NCBI RefSeq assembly: GCF_032191835.1
Contig: NC_083237.1
Span: 23,684,001-23,748,000, forward strand
DNA: 64,000 bases
Reading direction: 5' to 3'
DNA from: Heteronotia binoei
Taxonomy: Eukaryota
Shown: positions 45,315 through 57,796 of the stretch, in pieces
Position numbering within the stretch: position 1 is the stretch's first letter
Layout of the letters: each line of letters begins with the position of its first letter
Notes under the pieces: generated by a model
Seen by the model: only the letters and a program-made list of their open reading frames with translations
Told to the model about the DNA's origin: nothing
Databases searched by the model: none
Translations under genes and position numbers: made by a program

Positions 45315-48300
45315 CTGCAAGAGAAAGAATGAAAAGCTGATGCAAGTTTGTCTCTGAAAGCCTCCCCCTCCCCTCCCAATAGCTCCCCTAGTTTGAATTT
45401 CTACTTGATACGAAAAAATGCATGTAAGATGTGGGGAGGAAAGACCATCATATGTTTTTGGTGCATAATAGGAATATGTATAAGAAGTTCCACAACCACC
45501 TTCTGCTCCACATCCCATACATTCTGTGGCCATCCTGGTTTATCTGTTAGAAAGCTAACTGAATGAGGACGCATGGTCTGTGCTGAAGGACCCCAGAGAT
45601 GATAAGAGCCAGGAATCAGCATTTATTGTTGCTGCTATTGAATTCTATAGGGGGAAAAGCTATTTTAGACACAAGGACAGGGTTCTGTATCTCAAAAGAG
45701 AGAGCCAGCATAGTGTAGTGGTTAGAATGTCAGACCAAGATAGGGGAGATCTGGGTTTGATTCGCTACTCTGCCATGGAAACTTGCTGGGTGACCTTGGG
45801 CCGGTCACGTTTTCGCAGCCTAGCCTGCCTCAAGGGAGTGTTGTGAGGATTAAATTGTACAGAGGAGAAGGAATAAGCTGCTTTCTCTCAGTCATGGAGA
45901 AAAGAGTAATAAGTAAATAAATAAAGTTAGGAATTTATTTCCTTCAATAAGTTGTTTTAATTGTTAATTGTTTTAATTGTTTAATTGTCCTTAACCATTT
46001 TAATTGTTTAACTTGTTGTATTGTTTAACTGTTCTTATTTTGCAGGTTGTGGGCTGCCCTGAGCCTGCTTCGGCAGGGAGAGCGGGATATAAATCCAGTA
46101 AAACTTAAACTTTCAGTTATGCCCTGCCTTTCTCACCAGTGGAGACCCAAAGCCACCTACATCATTCTTCTCACTTCTATTTTTAACCACACAACCCTGT
46201 GAGGTAGGCTAGGCTGAAAATATGTGACTGCCCTTAAGTCACCCAGCAGACTTTCCTGGCAGAGCGGGGATCTGAAGTTGCACCATACTAGCCATCATGC
46301 TAGAATTCCACCTTTTGCTCCTTTCCCCCCATGGCAACTCTTGTTCCTTTGCCTACATTTCTGCTAAGGCAGAAATTTATTTTCCTAGCACAGCGATGCA
46401 GTAATGAGGATGTTTGGCTGCTTACATGGTTGTCAAAGGTACAGGAACTCTGTTGTAAAAATGGGCTCCTGAGAAGATACTTGCGATAAAAGCTAGATAA
46501 ATATTTGTCCAGCCCTACCTAGGAGCAGAAGCTGGGAACTGAGGTTTACTTTCCCATTTCTCCTGAACCAGAACTTCTGCAGCTTCCAGATTAAGTATTT
46601 TTTCCTGATCACCCATTCTGTTTAGAGTTGCCAACTCCAGTTTGGGAAATTCCTGGAGATCTGAGGGGGAGAGACTGGGGAGAGCAGAGACTGGGGAAGG
46701 AGCTCAGGGCAGATGGGATGCCACAGAGTCTGCCCTCCAGAGCTGCCATTTCCTTCTGGCAAACTCAAATCTGTAGTCAGTCTGGGAAACAGCTGTAACC
46801 ATAATTCCAGGCCCCACTTGGAGACTGGCAACCTTGTGTGATTTCCAGGTGAGCTGTCCGCTTTGTTTTCATTTCCAGGGCCTTGCACTGGATCTCTTTT
46901 AAAAGCATTTTTGTGTATTTCGGAAAACACTTTTAAAAATTGCTGTGAGAAGGATGACTGTCAGTTCTGCGAAGAGGATTGTATACATGCCTAAAATGTG
47001 ATGGCTGAACTCCCACAGTTAGTTTATTATTGAAATTATGCACTGAAACAAGAATCTCTAAACTTTCTGAGCCTCTGAGCACCTTTGAAATTCTGACATG
47101 GGATGGTGGGTGCAACCCCCAAAATGGTCACCACGGGAGGCAGACAGCCACAAATTGGCTGCCACAGAAGGTGGATCCATACACATAGACGACTTCCAAG
47201 TGCAGGGGAGAAGAGGGGTAATTTAGCTGCTACTGAAACAGCATTATTTGAATTTGCTTAGCCAATCAGATCAGTCAGAAGCCCCAATGGGTAAAGAAAG
47301 TGTTTGGGGCTAAAACATTGACTGGGTGCCATAAAAGGTTCCAATGGGTATCATGGTCCCCAAGGATGGCAGGTTGGATACCTCAGTTCTGAAGTGCTCA
47401 AGCCATAAAATCTGTCCCTGTCTCCCCATGTCACTGAGGTCTCCCTCCATTTAGTTTCCTATTTTTCCCCCCTCTGCCACAGTCTTTGCTCCAGGTCTTT
47501 GCTTGTCTGCAGTCTCAAACCTAAGTCAAGTCAAAGGACACTGATGGCCAGGGCTTTTTTCCCCCTCTGGAAAAAGAGGTGCTGGAACTCTCAAGAGGGA
47601 AATGAAGAAGAAACACACGGGTGACCCTTATGAACTTTGAAACATTTTTTGAGAATTTTGTTTCCACAAAGAAGTTCTGGAACTCCATTCCACCAAAAAA
47701 GCCCTGCTGATGGCTATCACAACCTCACTCTGCACTCCCTTCCTGAATCCAGAACATTGATGGGTTTTTAAACTTCACCAGAGCAATTTTAACCTTTACA
47801 TTGATAGCCACCAAATCTCAGACAAGCTTCTGATTTTGATTCAAATATTTGCACGCAGACTCATACAGTTCTAGAGAATCTGTTTGTATGGCCACCATCA
47901 AGGTTTGGAAACAGGTTTGCTTATATGGTGGTTGGCTCAGAAACCCAAGATTTCTCTCTCTCTTTTTTAATTAGCAACTTTCAGACTCTTATGGCAGAAA
48001 ACAAACCTGAAAACATAAAAAGAAGTTTCTTTTGAAAATGATTAAAGATTCTAGGATCAGCTTCAACAGGAGGTCATTTTTACTCAGCAGTGGACCTTCC
48101 ATCCCAGTCTACAATTCCTGGGCCTGATAGTTCTGCCTGAATGCAATTCATGTCCTCTACTTCTATATTTTCCTGTCCTGGATAGCCCAGGCTAGCCCAA
48201 CATTGTCAGATCTCAGGCGCTAAGCAGGGTCAGCCTTGGCTGGATGGGAAAACACAAAGGAAGATCAGGGACGCTATGCAGAGGCAGGCAATGGCAAACC

Positions 48301-51300
48301 ACTTCTAAATGTCTCTTGCCTTGAAAATATTACCGGGTTGCTATAAGTCAGCTGTGACTTTTTTTCTCTCTCTTTTTAAATTTTATTTAATTTTAAAAGG
48401 AAACATAAAGAGGAGAAAGAACCCCAAGGATACATATACAAGCACAAGCATGCCCCTCCCCAAAAAATAAAGGTGAAAAAAGGAATTATACACACGTATG
48501 TGCACATGCACACATATATATTCATACATACATACACTTATAAAAGGAAGAATCAAGCTGTGACTTGATGGCAAAAATGACAACAAACTTCCGCATCTCA
48601 GACCTGTATTTTACTCACTTGTCCCCAACGCACTCTAGGTCAAATCAAGCTTGAACTCCCCCTGGAAACTAAAATGACCAACCTGAGGCCGTTGAACTTT
48701 GAGCACATCATTAGAAGACTCACTGGAAAAAGCAATAATGCTAGGAAAGGCTGAAGGCAACAAAGGAATGCTGATCCTGCGGTGGGGAGTGACTCAGTAA
48801 AGGAAGCCATGACCCTCAGTTTGCAAGAACTGTACAAGGCTGTTAATGATAGGACGTTTTGGAAGTCATTAATTCATGGGGTTGCCATATTGGAAGTGAT
48901 GGCACTTGACACACACACACATCACCTGCTTGGCAAAATGGGTAAACAAACTGAATTGGCTGGTTGACAAGGTTATCCCTTCCCACTGAGAGAGGCCCTG
49001 TGCCTTTCCCAGCAACATCAAAGGTTGAGTTCCCATTCAAATTAAGTGAATCACAGCTAAACTCTCCATCGCATCCCCTCCCTTAAACTGACCTTTTGAA
49101 GAATAATCCGTTATGGTATCTGAGCTTTCATCTTGGAAATGTGGTTCTCCCGTTTCCTCTATCTGGGTGATCAACTGAGGTTTCGGCACAGAAACTCCTA
49201 CGAAAGAGAAAAAGAACTCTGTCAGGGCATGAGCAGGATCTGCTTAAAGTGAAAACCAAGAAAGGCTGTTATAGAGTCAGCATGTCTCTATAACACATTT
49301 CAGACCTGCTTTAATTGTTAGGGATCATGACCAAGGGACTTCAGGAAAAGAAGTTCTCAGAATGCCTAAGAAAAATGTACAGCAATGCCTTCCGGACTTG
49401 AAATAGCCCCAAGCTGCTGCTCTTTTTTGACACATTGAGGGCTGCATGTGTACTGACTGAATGCATGTGTACTGCTGCTGTCATGAGTAGGTTTGCCAGT
49501 CTCCAGGTCCCCGCGGGGGATCCCCCAGTTTTGCAGGTCCCTTCCTGTGCCCAGCCAGCTGCCGGTAGGGGGAAGGCCCACCCCAACCACCACCATGTAC
49601 CTTTCCACCTACAAAGGCTTAGAAGATGCTTGGGAACAGTTTGCTTTTTGAAAAGTGTGTGTGCCTTTAAATCTCCAGAGCCAGGCTGAATGGGGGTGGG
49701 GCAAGCCTGCAGAACAACGTAGTTGTGAGAAAGGAAATGAAAGCATCTCAGTCCCTCTGTTTGTTTTGCAGTCCCTTCAGAAGTTGTTTGCAAAGTAAAA
49801 TAGAGAGTAAAGAGTAAACTAGAACCTCTGGTTTCCATGTGTTAGTCTGAAGAACTTGGTTGAGTATATAGCATTCAACAACTCCCATGGTGAGTAAATT
49901 GCCTCAGTGGGACCACAAAGTGTGTGCTTCCAAACTGTTTATTTTGGTTGCTTTGTGTGTGTGTGTAAGAGAGAGAGAGTGATTGAGTGGAAGTACAGTC
50001 AGCTGCTGGGGAATGAGGAAATGAAGACTGTATTCAGGGGGACTGCACTGCTGTATTTCTATTCATTTTAGGAAATGGGAGAGTCTCCTGACTCCACCCC
50101 CAAAGTCTCCCATCTCCACCTCGAAAGTCCCCAGGTATTTTCTGAGTTAGACTTGGCAACCCTAGTCATCAGTGGGGATAATTGTATCATAGTAGTTAGG
50201 CCCCCAGGGTTGATGAGGGAAGAGTCAACCCTGGTGCTTGTTGTCAGGGAAACAAGAGAGAAACCTAGTGAACAGGCCAATTCTTCTCACCCAGTGTGGA
50301 CACATTCCGGAAGTTCTCCAACATGACCTCGCAATACAGTATTTTCTGCTCCTCTGACAGTGAGGCCCATTCGGCATCAGTGAACTTCACACAGACCTCT
50401 CTGAATGGCACCTCTGGCTTTAAAGGGAGGAAAGAAGCATCTGTTTAGAAACAGAATTAGGGAAACACAAACCAGACTTCACTAGACCCAAAATACACTG
50501 AGGGAAAGGCCCTTTTCCCATTCTAATACAGCTGTAAGAACAATTCAGCATCTAGCCCAAACTCAGCTATAAAACCTGAACAGTGTCCCCAGACATACAA
50601 GGTTGGATCCAGGCAGCTTTTGCACTTAATCTCACCCAATTTTCCTCCTTAACTCAGCTCCTGTCCCCCATAGCTTTTGTCCATGCAGGTCCTATGATCT
50701 GCAGTATAGCTTTTTGAGGTGCTAAAAGGGAATATCTCCTCTGTTTTTTTTTTTTACCAGTGGAGAAGCTGGTTGGATCCAACCCAAAGGCCACCATCTT
50801 TCCTCCCAACCCCACCCCCCTCCTTGCAAAGCATTCAAGCTACTTTAACTGCGGCACCTCTGGGGGTTGCTACTGCCTTCATACCCTCCTTGCGGGCTTC
50901 CCAAAGGCATCAGATTGGCCACTGTAGGAAAGAGAGATCATAGAGTTGGAAGGAACTTCCAGAGTCATCTAGTCCAACCCCCTGTACAGTGCAGGAACTT
51001 CACATTCCTCTTCTCTCCCTCCACATCTCCAGTGACTCCTGCTCCATGCCCAGAAGATGGCAAAAACCTCCAGGATCCCTTGCCAAAATGGCCTGGAGAA
51101 AAATTGCTGACTGACCCCAGTCTAGCTGGGCCTTTGGTCTCACCCAGCTAGGATTGGCATCCTTCAGGAGGGACCTGGAGATCTCCCAGAATTACCAAGT
51201 TGCCAGCTTCAGGTTGGGAAATTCCTGGAGTATGGGGTGGGGCAGAGCCTGGGGAAGAACAGGGTTTGGGAGAAGTATCTCAGTGGGGTATAGAGTCCAC

Positions 51301-52848
51301 AGAGTCCACTCTCCCATGATGCTGCCATCTGTCATCTGGAGATCAGTTGTACTTCTGGGAAATCTCCAGTCTACACAGATCAGTTGCTGTGGATGGCTTG
51401 GAGGGGGGACTCTATGGCATCATATCTCACTGAGGTCCCTCTCCTACCTAAACCCTGCTCTCCCTAGGCACCACCCCCAAATTGTCAGGAATTTCTCAGC
51501 CTGGAGTTGGCAAGCCCAGAACCAGCTGGGTACTTCTTGTGTTCTTAATCCCTCAAGGTTAACAAAGAAATAAATGCATAGGGAGCACTCCTCTCCATCT
51601 CTCCCACTGTCTCTGCTCAGTTACCTGTTTTCCCAGCAGGAAGCTTTCAGCAAGATCCACTGCCTGGGCGCAGGTGTCAGGGCTACGTTCTCTGACCCAA
51701 CTTTGCATTTCCTCTGGCAGGATCATCAGGAACTGCTCTAAGATCAACAGCGCCAAGATCTGCTCCTTGGTATGTTTCTCTGGCTTCAGCCAGCGGTGTC
51801 CAAGTGCCTGGAGCTTCTTACATGCCTCTCGGGGCCCCTCAGCCTCCTGGTATTGGAACTGCCTGAAGCGTTGCCGTTGTTTCTCTGGAGTGATACTGTA
51901 CCTGTTCAGAATTCTCTCCTTCACTAGGTCGTAGTTTTTAGAGAGGCACTCAGAGACACTGCAGGCCTGAAGAGCTTGGCCACTCAGATATGGTTTCAGT
52001 CGGACAACCCACTTATTTCTGGGCCACTGGCAGGCGCGGGCCACCCCTTCAAAGGCCTCCAGATAGGCTTCAATATCATCCTCCGGGTGGAATTTAAGTG
52101 CCCATATGTTGTTCAATGAGAGTGACAACATTGGTGCTGTCTCAGAAGAGGCATCTAGACCTGTACGATGTAGATCCCTAGGTGCCCTCGCTGGTTCCAA
52201 GCACATTAGAGAATGGTGGGCTTCTCTAGATTGCAGCTTTTCACTCTTGGAGACACATGGCAAGGACTGGGTTCCCATGGCTTGTAACACTTGCTGCCAA
52301 GAGTCCTCCCAGCACTGTTGTGTACCAGTTTTTACCTGCTCTGGAGCCACACGATGGAGCAGCTCTTCAATTGTGCCACACTGCACCATGCTGGGCAGAC
52401 AGGCCAGCTTTCCTAAGGCATCAGCCTCTTGGGGGACTGGCTCTGTCAGAACCTGAGCAGCAAGCGTGGATCCAGCTTCTACCTTGACAGTCATTTTTCC
52501 AAGTCTTTCCAGCTCAGTGCCTTGGAGCTCCTCCGATGTTCTTGCTAGTTCCAAGCATTTTGGAGAATAGTGCACTTCTCTAGATTGCAGCTTTTCACTC
52601 TTGGAGATACATGGCAAGGACTGGGTTCCCATGGCTTGTAATACCTGTTGCCAAGTTTCCTCCCAGCACTGTTGTGCACCAGTTTTCACTTGCTCTGGAG
52701 CTACACAATGGAGCAGCTCTTCAATTGTGCCACACTGCACCATGCTGGGCAGACTGGCCAGCCTTCCTAAAGCTTTGGCCTCTTGTGGGGCCGAGTCTGT
52801 CAGAACCTGAGCAGCAAGTGTAGATCCAGTCTTTACCTTGGCAGCCAT
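44023..52848 (-). CDS. SCAN-KRAB-6xC2H2 zinc finger protein (ZKSCAN-like, ZNF-B), 915 aa
   Basis: complement(join(51625..52848,50291..50417,49093..49197,44023..45314))=2748 nt, phases 0/1/1 consistent; no ortholog recognised. Confidence 0.87.
47549..47706 (+). mobile_element. hAT MITE with CAGGGCTTTTT ends and a different interior
   Basis: Perfect 8-bp TSD ctgatggc at 47541-47548 and 47707-47714. Confidence 0.85.
49093..49197 (-). CDS. ZNF-B KRAB-B exon (105 nt)
   Basis: [23 protein letters not shown], phase 1-1, strong acceptor. Confidence 0.82.
50291..50417 (-). CDS. ZNF-B KRAB-A exon (127 nt)
   Basis: [42 protein letters not shown]; canonical KRAB-A exon length and phase. Confidence 0.9.
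51625..52848 (-). CDS. ZNF-B exon with duplicated N-terminal module, Gag capsid-like region and SCAN
   Basis: aaaATGG is the first ATG after the strong acceptor at 53056; [25 protein letters not shown]...LLILEQFL...AVDLAESF; donor CAG|GTAACT. Confidence 0.9.
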
Positions 52849-52880
52849 TTTTCTAAGTCTTTCCAACTCAGTGCCTTGGA
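52173..52880 (-). repeat. 354-bp (118-codon) in-frame tandem duplication
   Basis: Copies 52527-52880 and 52173-52526; 93/118 aa identical by hand count. Confidence 0.93.
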
Positions 52881-55800
52881 CCTGTGAAGTCTTTTTCTTG
52901 GAAGTTGCTGGGCTGCCCCCAGATGCCAGCTTTATGTGTTACGTTCAGAGCTGAGGTGATCAGTATGGGCACTTCAACAAAGTTACCACAGAAAGCTCTC
53001 AGCCGCAGCAGAGGCGACAGTCTTGTTTGAAGAGTCAGAGGCTTCAAAATGCACTCCTGGGCAAAGAGAGTGAAAAGGAGCAAAATGTTGAATCGGCAGA
53101 CCAGCTGATTAAGCGTAAACGTGAGGGAGCAATCTGTTTACTCCAACAGCAGTTGGAAGGACTAATGGTGCTTGAAGGACTAATGGATCGCCCTTTTAGA
53201 GGTTCAAAGGGGAGAGGCACCTATAAGGGGTACTCGTGTATCCAAGGCTTTTGAACTGACTCATCCATTGGTCTCTCAACTCCATGAGCAATCTTGCAAA
53301 TGAGGTAAAAGAAAAAGCCATTTAATTTTATATGACTAATTGGAGACAGTTGCGTGGTTTGGAGAACAGAAGAAATCTGTTTTAACATCCATTTTCAACA
53401 CTGGATCTGACACAGGGTTGCCAGCCTCCAGACAACATTGGTCAGCTCCCCTGGAGGAAATGGCTGCTTTGGAAGCTTTTTTTTTGTAGCAGGAATTCCT
53501 TTGCATATTAGGCTACACCCTCCTTGATGTAGCCAATCCTCCAAGAGTTTACAGGGCTCTTCTTACAGGGCCTATTGTAAGCTCTTGGAGGACTGACTAT
53601 ATCAGGGGGATGTGGCCTAACTTGCATAGGAGTTCCTGCCACAAAAAAGCCCCAGATGGTGGACTCTATATAGGTCACTGAGGTCACTCCTCTCACCAAA
53701 CCCCACCCTCCACACAGTCTCTATCTCCAAATATCCAGGAATTTCCCAATCTGGAATTGGCAACCCTGAAATTCCATCTGAGGAAGAAGTATTGGGAAGG
53801 AGAAGCGTTTAGAGGGAGAAAGCAATAAAACAAGATGGGGGATTAAGGAGGGTTGACTGAGATTTGGAAACCACCCTGAACCAAAGGGAAAGGTGGGGTA
53901 TAAATATTTTAATAAATACATTTAACACTACCCTCGTGCATTGCAACCATTCCTTCCAGCTTTCCAGTGCAGCCATTCTGAAATATAGTTTGTCTGTAGT
54001 CCTAAATATGCTTTCCTGAGAGTAAGGCTTGAATAACATTGGGCTTCTGAGTGCATCTCCAGGGCCTCTTTTTTTTTTTTTAGCAGGAACCTACAGGAAT
54101 GTAGTTCTGGCTGCCTTGGCATCAGGGGGTGTGGCCTAAGATGCAAATGAGTTCCCTCTCAGCTTTTTCTACCAAAAGAAAGCCCTGAATTGCTCCCTGA
54201 GGCATCTAGTTCCAACATGGAACCTAGTCTTATGAACTCCCTGAGAAGGTGGGTGCCTACAGAGCCCCCTAAGCCCAGAAGGGAACCCTGTGTGCAACAG
54301 CATGAAATCCTTTAGATCAGCCAGGCCTGGGATAGGACTCCAGACTTCTGCCCTTGCCTGGTCAACAGTGCAGTTAGTACCATCTGCCTCCTGCCTTTAA
54401 GGCTGTAGCTCCCCCATCTGATGCAAGGCACCTTGGGAACACAATGTGTCCAGGCCTAGCCTTGCTCCCAGCCTAGTTCTTGAAGGTCTCAGTATCTTTT
54501 GAAGATTTATCTCATGTCATATTTTATTGTGTAAAACATGAGGCAGAACAAAATAGGTTTTTGCGTACCATTTTATCTCACCTTCTTGGAAGGTCAGAAA
54601 TTAGTATTCCTATTGTCAGATAGAGATAAATATATTAGTTTTCAAGTGGCAAAGTTTGTGGCTGCTGTTATAGATTTTAAAAATGAGAAATGAGATATAT
54701 TAACTACTCTCCTTTTTACTTCTGTGGACTGTTTTCTTTACTACTGTGGACTGTTTTCATTAGATACATTTTACTGATAATTTAGCCTAAATTTTATCAT
54801 GATTAATATAATTCTATTGTTGTATTGAATGTTTTTTTTATCGTTGTGCCTGGTTGTCAGTTGTTATGGCATTTTGTTGCTAAAGCAATAAAGATTGATT
54901 GAATATCTTTTGACGACATTTTTTGTAAGGGCATGTGAGACTGGAATTCTGAGGCGTCTCTTACACTCAAAACTGCTACAGGAATGCCTAGGACTTTAAA
55001 GCGACTTCTTTCTGTTAAGCATAGGCAGAGAGAGAGAGAGAGAGAACTTCTGAATACCATGAAAAACCTTTGTAGCTGAACAAGGATTTGAATTGGTAAC
55101 TCCCACATCCAGAGCCAACACTCCTCTTGTTTTATTATATTTGTTAATTTATTTGCCTCATTTATACTCAGCCTTTCTACCTAAGCTTACCAGAGCAGCT
55201 TACATTCTTCTTCATGCCTCCATTCTATCCTCCCAACAACCCTATGAAGAGTGTTTAAATGCTCAGCCTGGAGAAGAGGAGTTTGAGAGGGCAGATTATT
55301 GCTTTTTAAAAAGTATTTGAAGGGCTGTCACTTAGAGGAAGGCAGGGAGCTCTTCCTGTGGGCAGCAGAGGAGAGGACTTGCAATAATGGGTTTAAATTA
55401 TGGACAGAAAGATACCGGCTGGATACTGGGGGGAAGATTTATAGTAACAGCAGTTTAGCAATGGAACTGGCTGCCTAGGGAGGTGGTGAGCTAACCCCCC
55501 TCCCCCCACAAAGCAGGCTTCAAGCAGTAACTGAATGAACATGTGTCAGTGATGCTTTAGGTTGATCCTGCATTGAGCAGGTGGGTTGGCCTGGATGGCC
55601 GCTTCCAAATCAGTGATTCTATGACTGGCCCAAGGTCACCCACCAAGAGTGGGGAATCAAACTTGGGCAGTCCAGATTTTAGTTTAGTACACCATGCTTG
55701 CTGTCAGATGGACAGATTGGATGGATAAAACCGGATGGATAATCTGTTAATTGAGTGGATTTAGAATGTTAACAGGTTCACCAACTGCTCAGCTGGTTTG

Positions 55801-56899
55801 TTCTTTGTCAACTCCCTCTGCTTGTGGACTGTTTCCCTTCTTCCATTACCAACAACTTTTGTGTGGAGAAATGATCAGATTAAGCAAAGGGAGGCAGAAC
55901 AAGGATCACCAGTCTGAATTCTAAGGTGAACTGAGGTATCCAGAGGAGCACTTTCTCAATTCTTACTTTAACAGGACTCCTCGGTGACATACACAAAATG
56001 AAACAAGGATCACGGTGCCACGTTCAAAGCAACCTTTATGAACAGTATTCGAATCCCCTGCTTTTGTAAATCAAAGCCAAGAGAGCCGCATTGGTCAGAA
56101 TGCACGTTTGATTTAAAAGCAACTTTCTCTGTTGATCCCAACTGCTGTCCTGGAATATTTGCCCTGAAGCGAATAGAGGAAGAGAATAGAGGAAGAAGGG
56201 ACACCCCACATGCTGTTTTTAGGGACTCTTTCAGGCTTGCTGCACCTCCGGATGCTTCCATATAAAGAAACATATTTACCACATGTGTATCCTGCCCTTC
56301 TACCACGAAGTACATAGTTGCCTTGTGTTTTCATGATGACTGCAAGGTAGGATAGTCTAAGGGAGGAAGAAGGAGGGACTCCTTCCTCCCCCCCCCCCCA
56401 ATCTTGGACTATCCTACCTCTGAGCAGGGCCATAGCCAGGATTTTAAAAATCAGGGGGCCTTTTAAAAATCCAGGGGGCACCCTTTCTCATTCACTGTGG
56501 AGTTTGCCACTTCTCAAAGTGGTCAAGTTGAGGCAGCCAACCCTAAAACTCTGGAGTTAAGAAGGGACTGCACCCTGCATGCAAGCTGGGAGGTTCCTTC
56601 CAACTCCCTCTTCCCCAGAGAGCTTCCTCTGCCTTTCACCTCCCCACCTTCTGCTTTTGCTGCTTCAGTGCACTGTGCCCTACTCAGCTTTCCCGGCTCC
56701 AGCCGCTGCTCATGACAAAAAATAAAATAAAATTAGCTGCACCCTGGAGGGCTCCCTGGAAGTCAGGGGGCAGTGCCTCCGAGGCAGGCTGTTGGCACTC
56801 CCCTTTCCCAAGAGGGAAACACCTTCCTGCGTTCCCTTCCCTCTCAAGACGGATTTCAAGCTTTCCCCAGTTCTTCTGACCCTTAAGCCCCTGTCGACC

Positions 56900-57790
56900 T
56901 CTGTCCCCACCCCCTGCCCCCGATGCCAATTCTCCCGGGATGCAAACCTGAGAGGCATGCCCAGGTGTCGACACGTCATCTGCTTCCTTGATGTTCCTGT
57001 GCGGCCAAGCTCCACCCAATTCCCAATCCCAAGCAACTCCCCCCTTTCCCGACACTGCCCTTTCTAGCAACCTCCGCAGCCACCCCCACCCCCTCCCTTT
57101 CCGAACTCAGAGCCCCCCCTCGGGAATCTGCCCCTTCCAGCAACTACCACCGACAGGCAGCAGCGAACTCTCAGGGCGCAACGGCCGACCCCCCCCCCCC
57201 CCCAAATGCTTTCTGCAAGCGAAGCCCGCCTTCCGCACTGCCTGAATCGGTGCCGGCCCAAATAAAGAGGCACCTTCCTTCTTTCTCCGCGGAGGGGCTC
57301 GCTCAACAGCGATCTGACAGCCATTCACTCGCCTATTCCCTTTCCTGTCCCGGATCTCTTTGCGCTTCCCTTCCCGCATCGCCCACGAGCATTGCCCTAC
57401 TTCCCCCTGGCAGGAGGGCACAAAGTTGCCACCTCTTTTGCAACATTTGTGAATTTCTGCTTTCCAGCCCTGCGACTCCGCGGGTGCATCCCCTCGAATT
57501 CCCGCAGCCTGCCCCTCCCCACTCCGCTTTCCCTCCATCCTCCTACCCTCGGTTTTTCTTGCACCTTCCCCTCTCTTTGGGCTCTCTTCCACGCTCTCTT
57601 CTCTTTTCCCACTGTCCTGTTTGCCCAGGCGAGCGGCGAAGTCCATTTATGGCACTGTCCAATTGCAGACGTCCAGAGGAGGTTATTTCAAGACTTCGGG
57701 TCGGCTTGGGAATAGGCTAAGGAGCCTGTCACTCAGGAGGACGCAAGGCAAAGCGTCCCCACCCTCTTTTTTCCCCCTTGCTTCCCTTTA
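56900..57790 (-). promoter_or_regulatory. GC/CpG-rich 5' region of ZNF-B
   Basis: CpG-rich with C/G tracts; perfect CArG box CCATTTATGG at 57643-57652; TSS position not determinable. Confidence 0.55.
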
Positions 57791-57796
57791 CCTCGT

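Noticed and set aside
44810-45340. 176-aa plus-strand ORF
   Set aside because: Antisense shadow of the ZNF-B lysine-rich linker
49340-49420. Second degenerate KRAB-A (EGIAVHFS)
   Set aside because: Only a few residues match, stops follow immediately, and there is no acceptor; the true KRAB-A is at 50291-50417
55960-56341. Coding role for possible ZNF-B upstream exons (about 56279-56341 and about 55965-56160)
   Set aside because: Splice-like sites exist, but joined frames end in stops before the SCAN exon; at most 5' UTR exons with a uORF, too weak to list as features
57107-57720. Overlapping 107-179-aa ORFs in the GC-rich region
   Set aside because: Low-complexity purine/pyrimidine-skewed sequence lacking stops by composition; no domain
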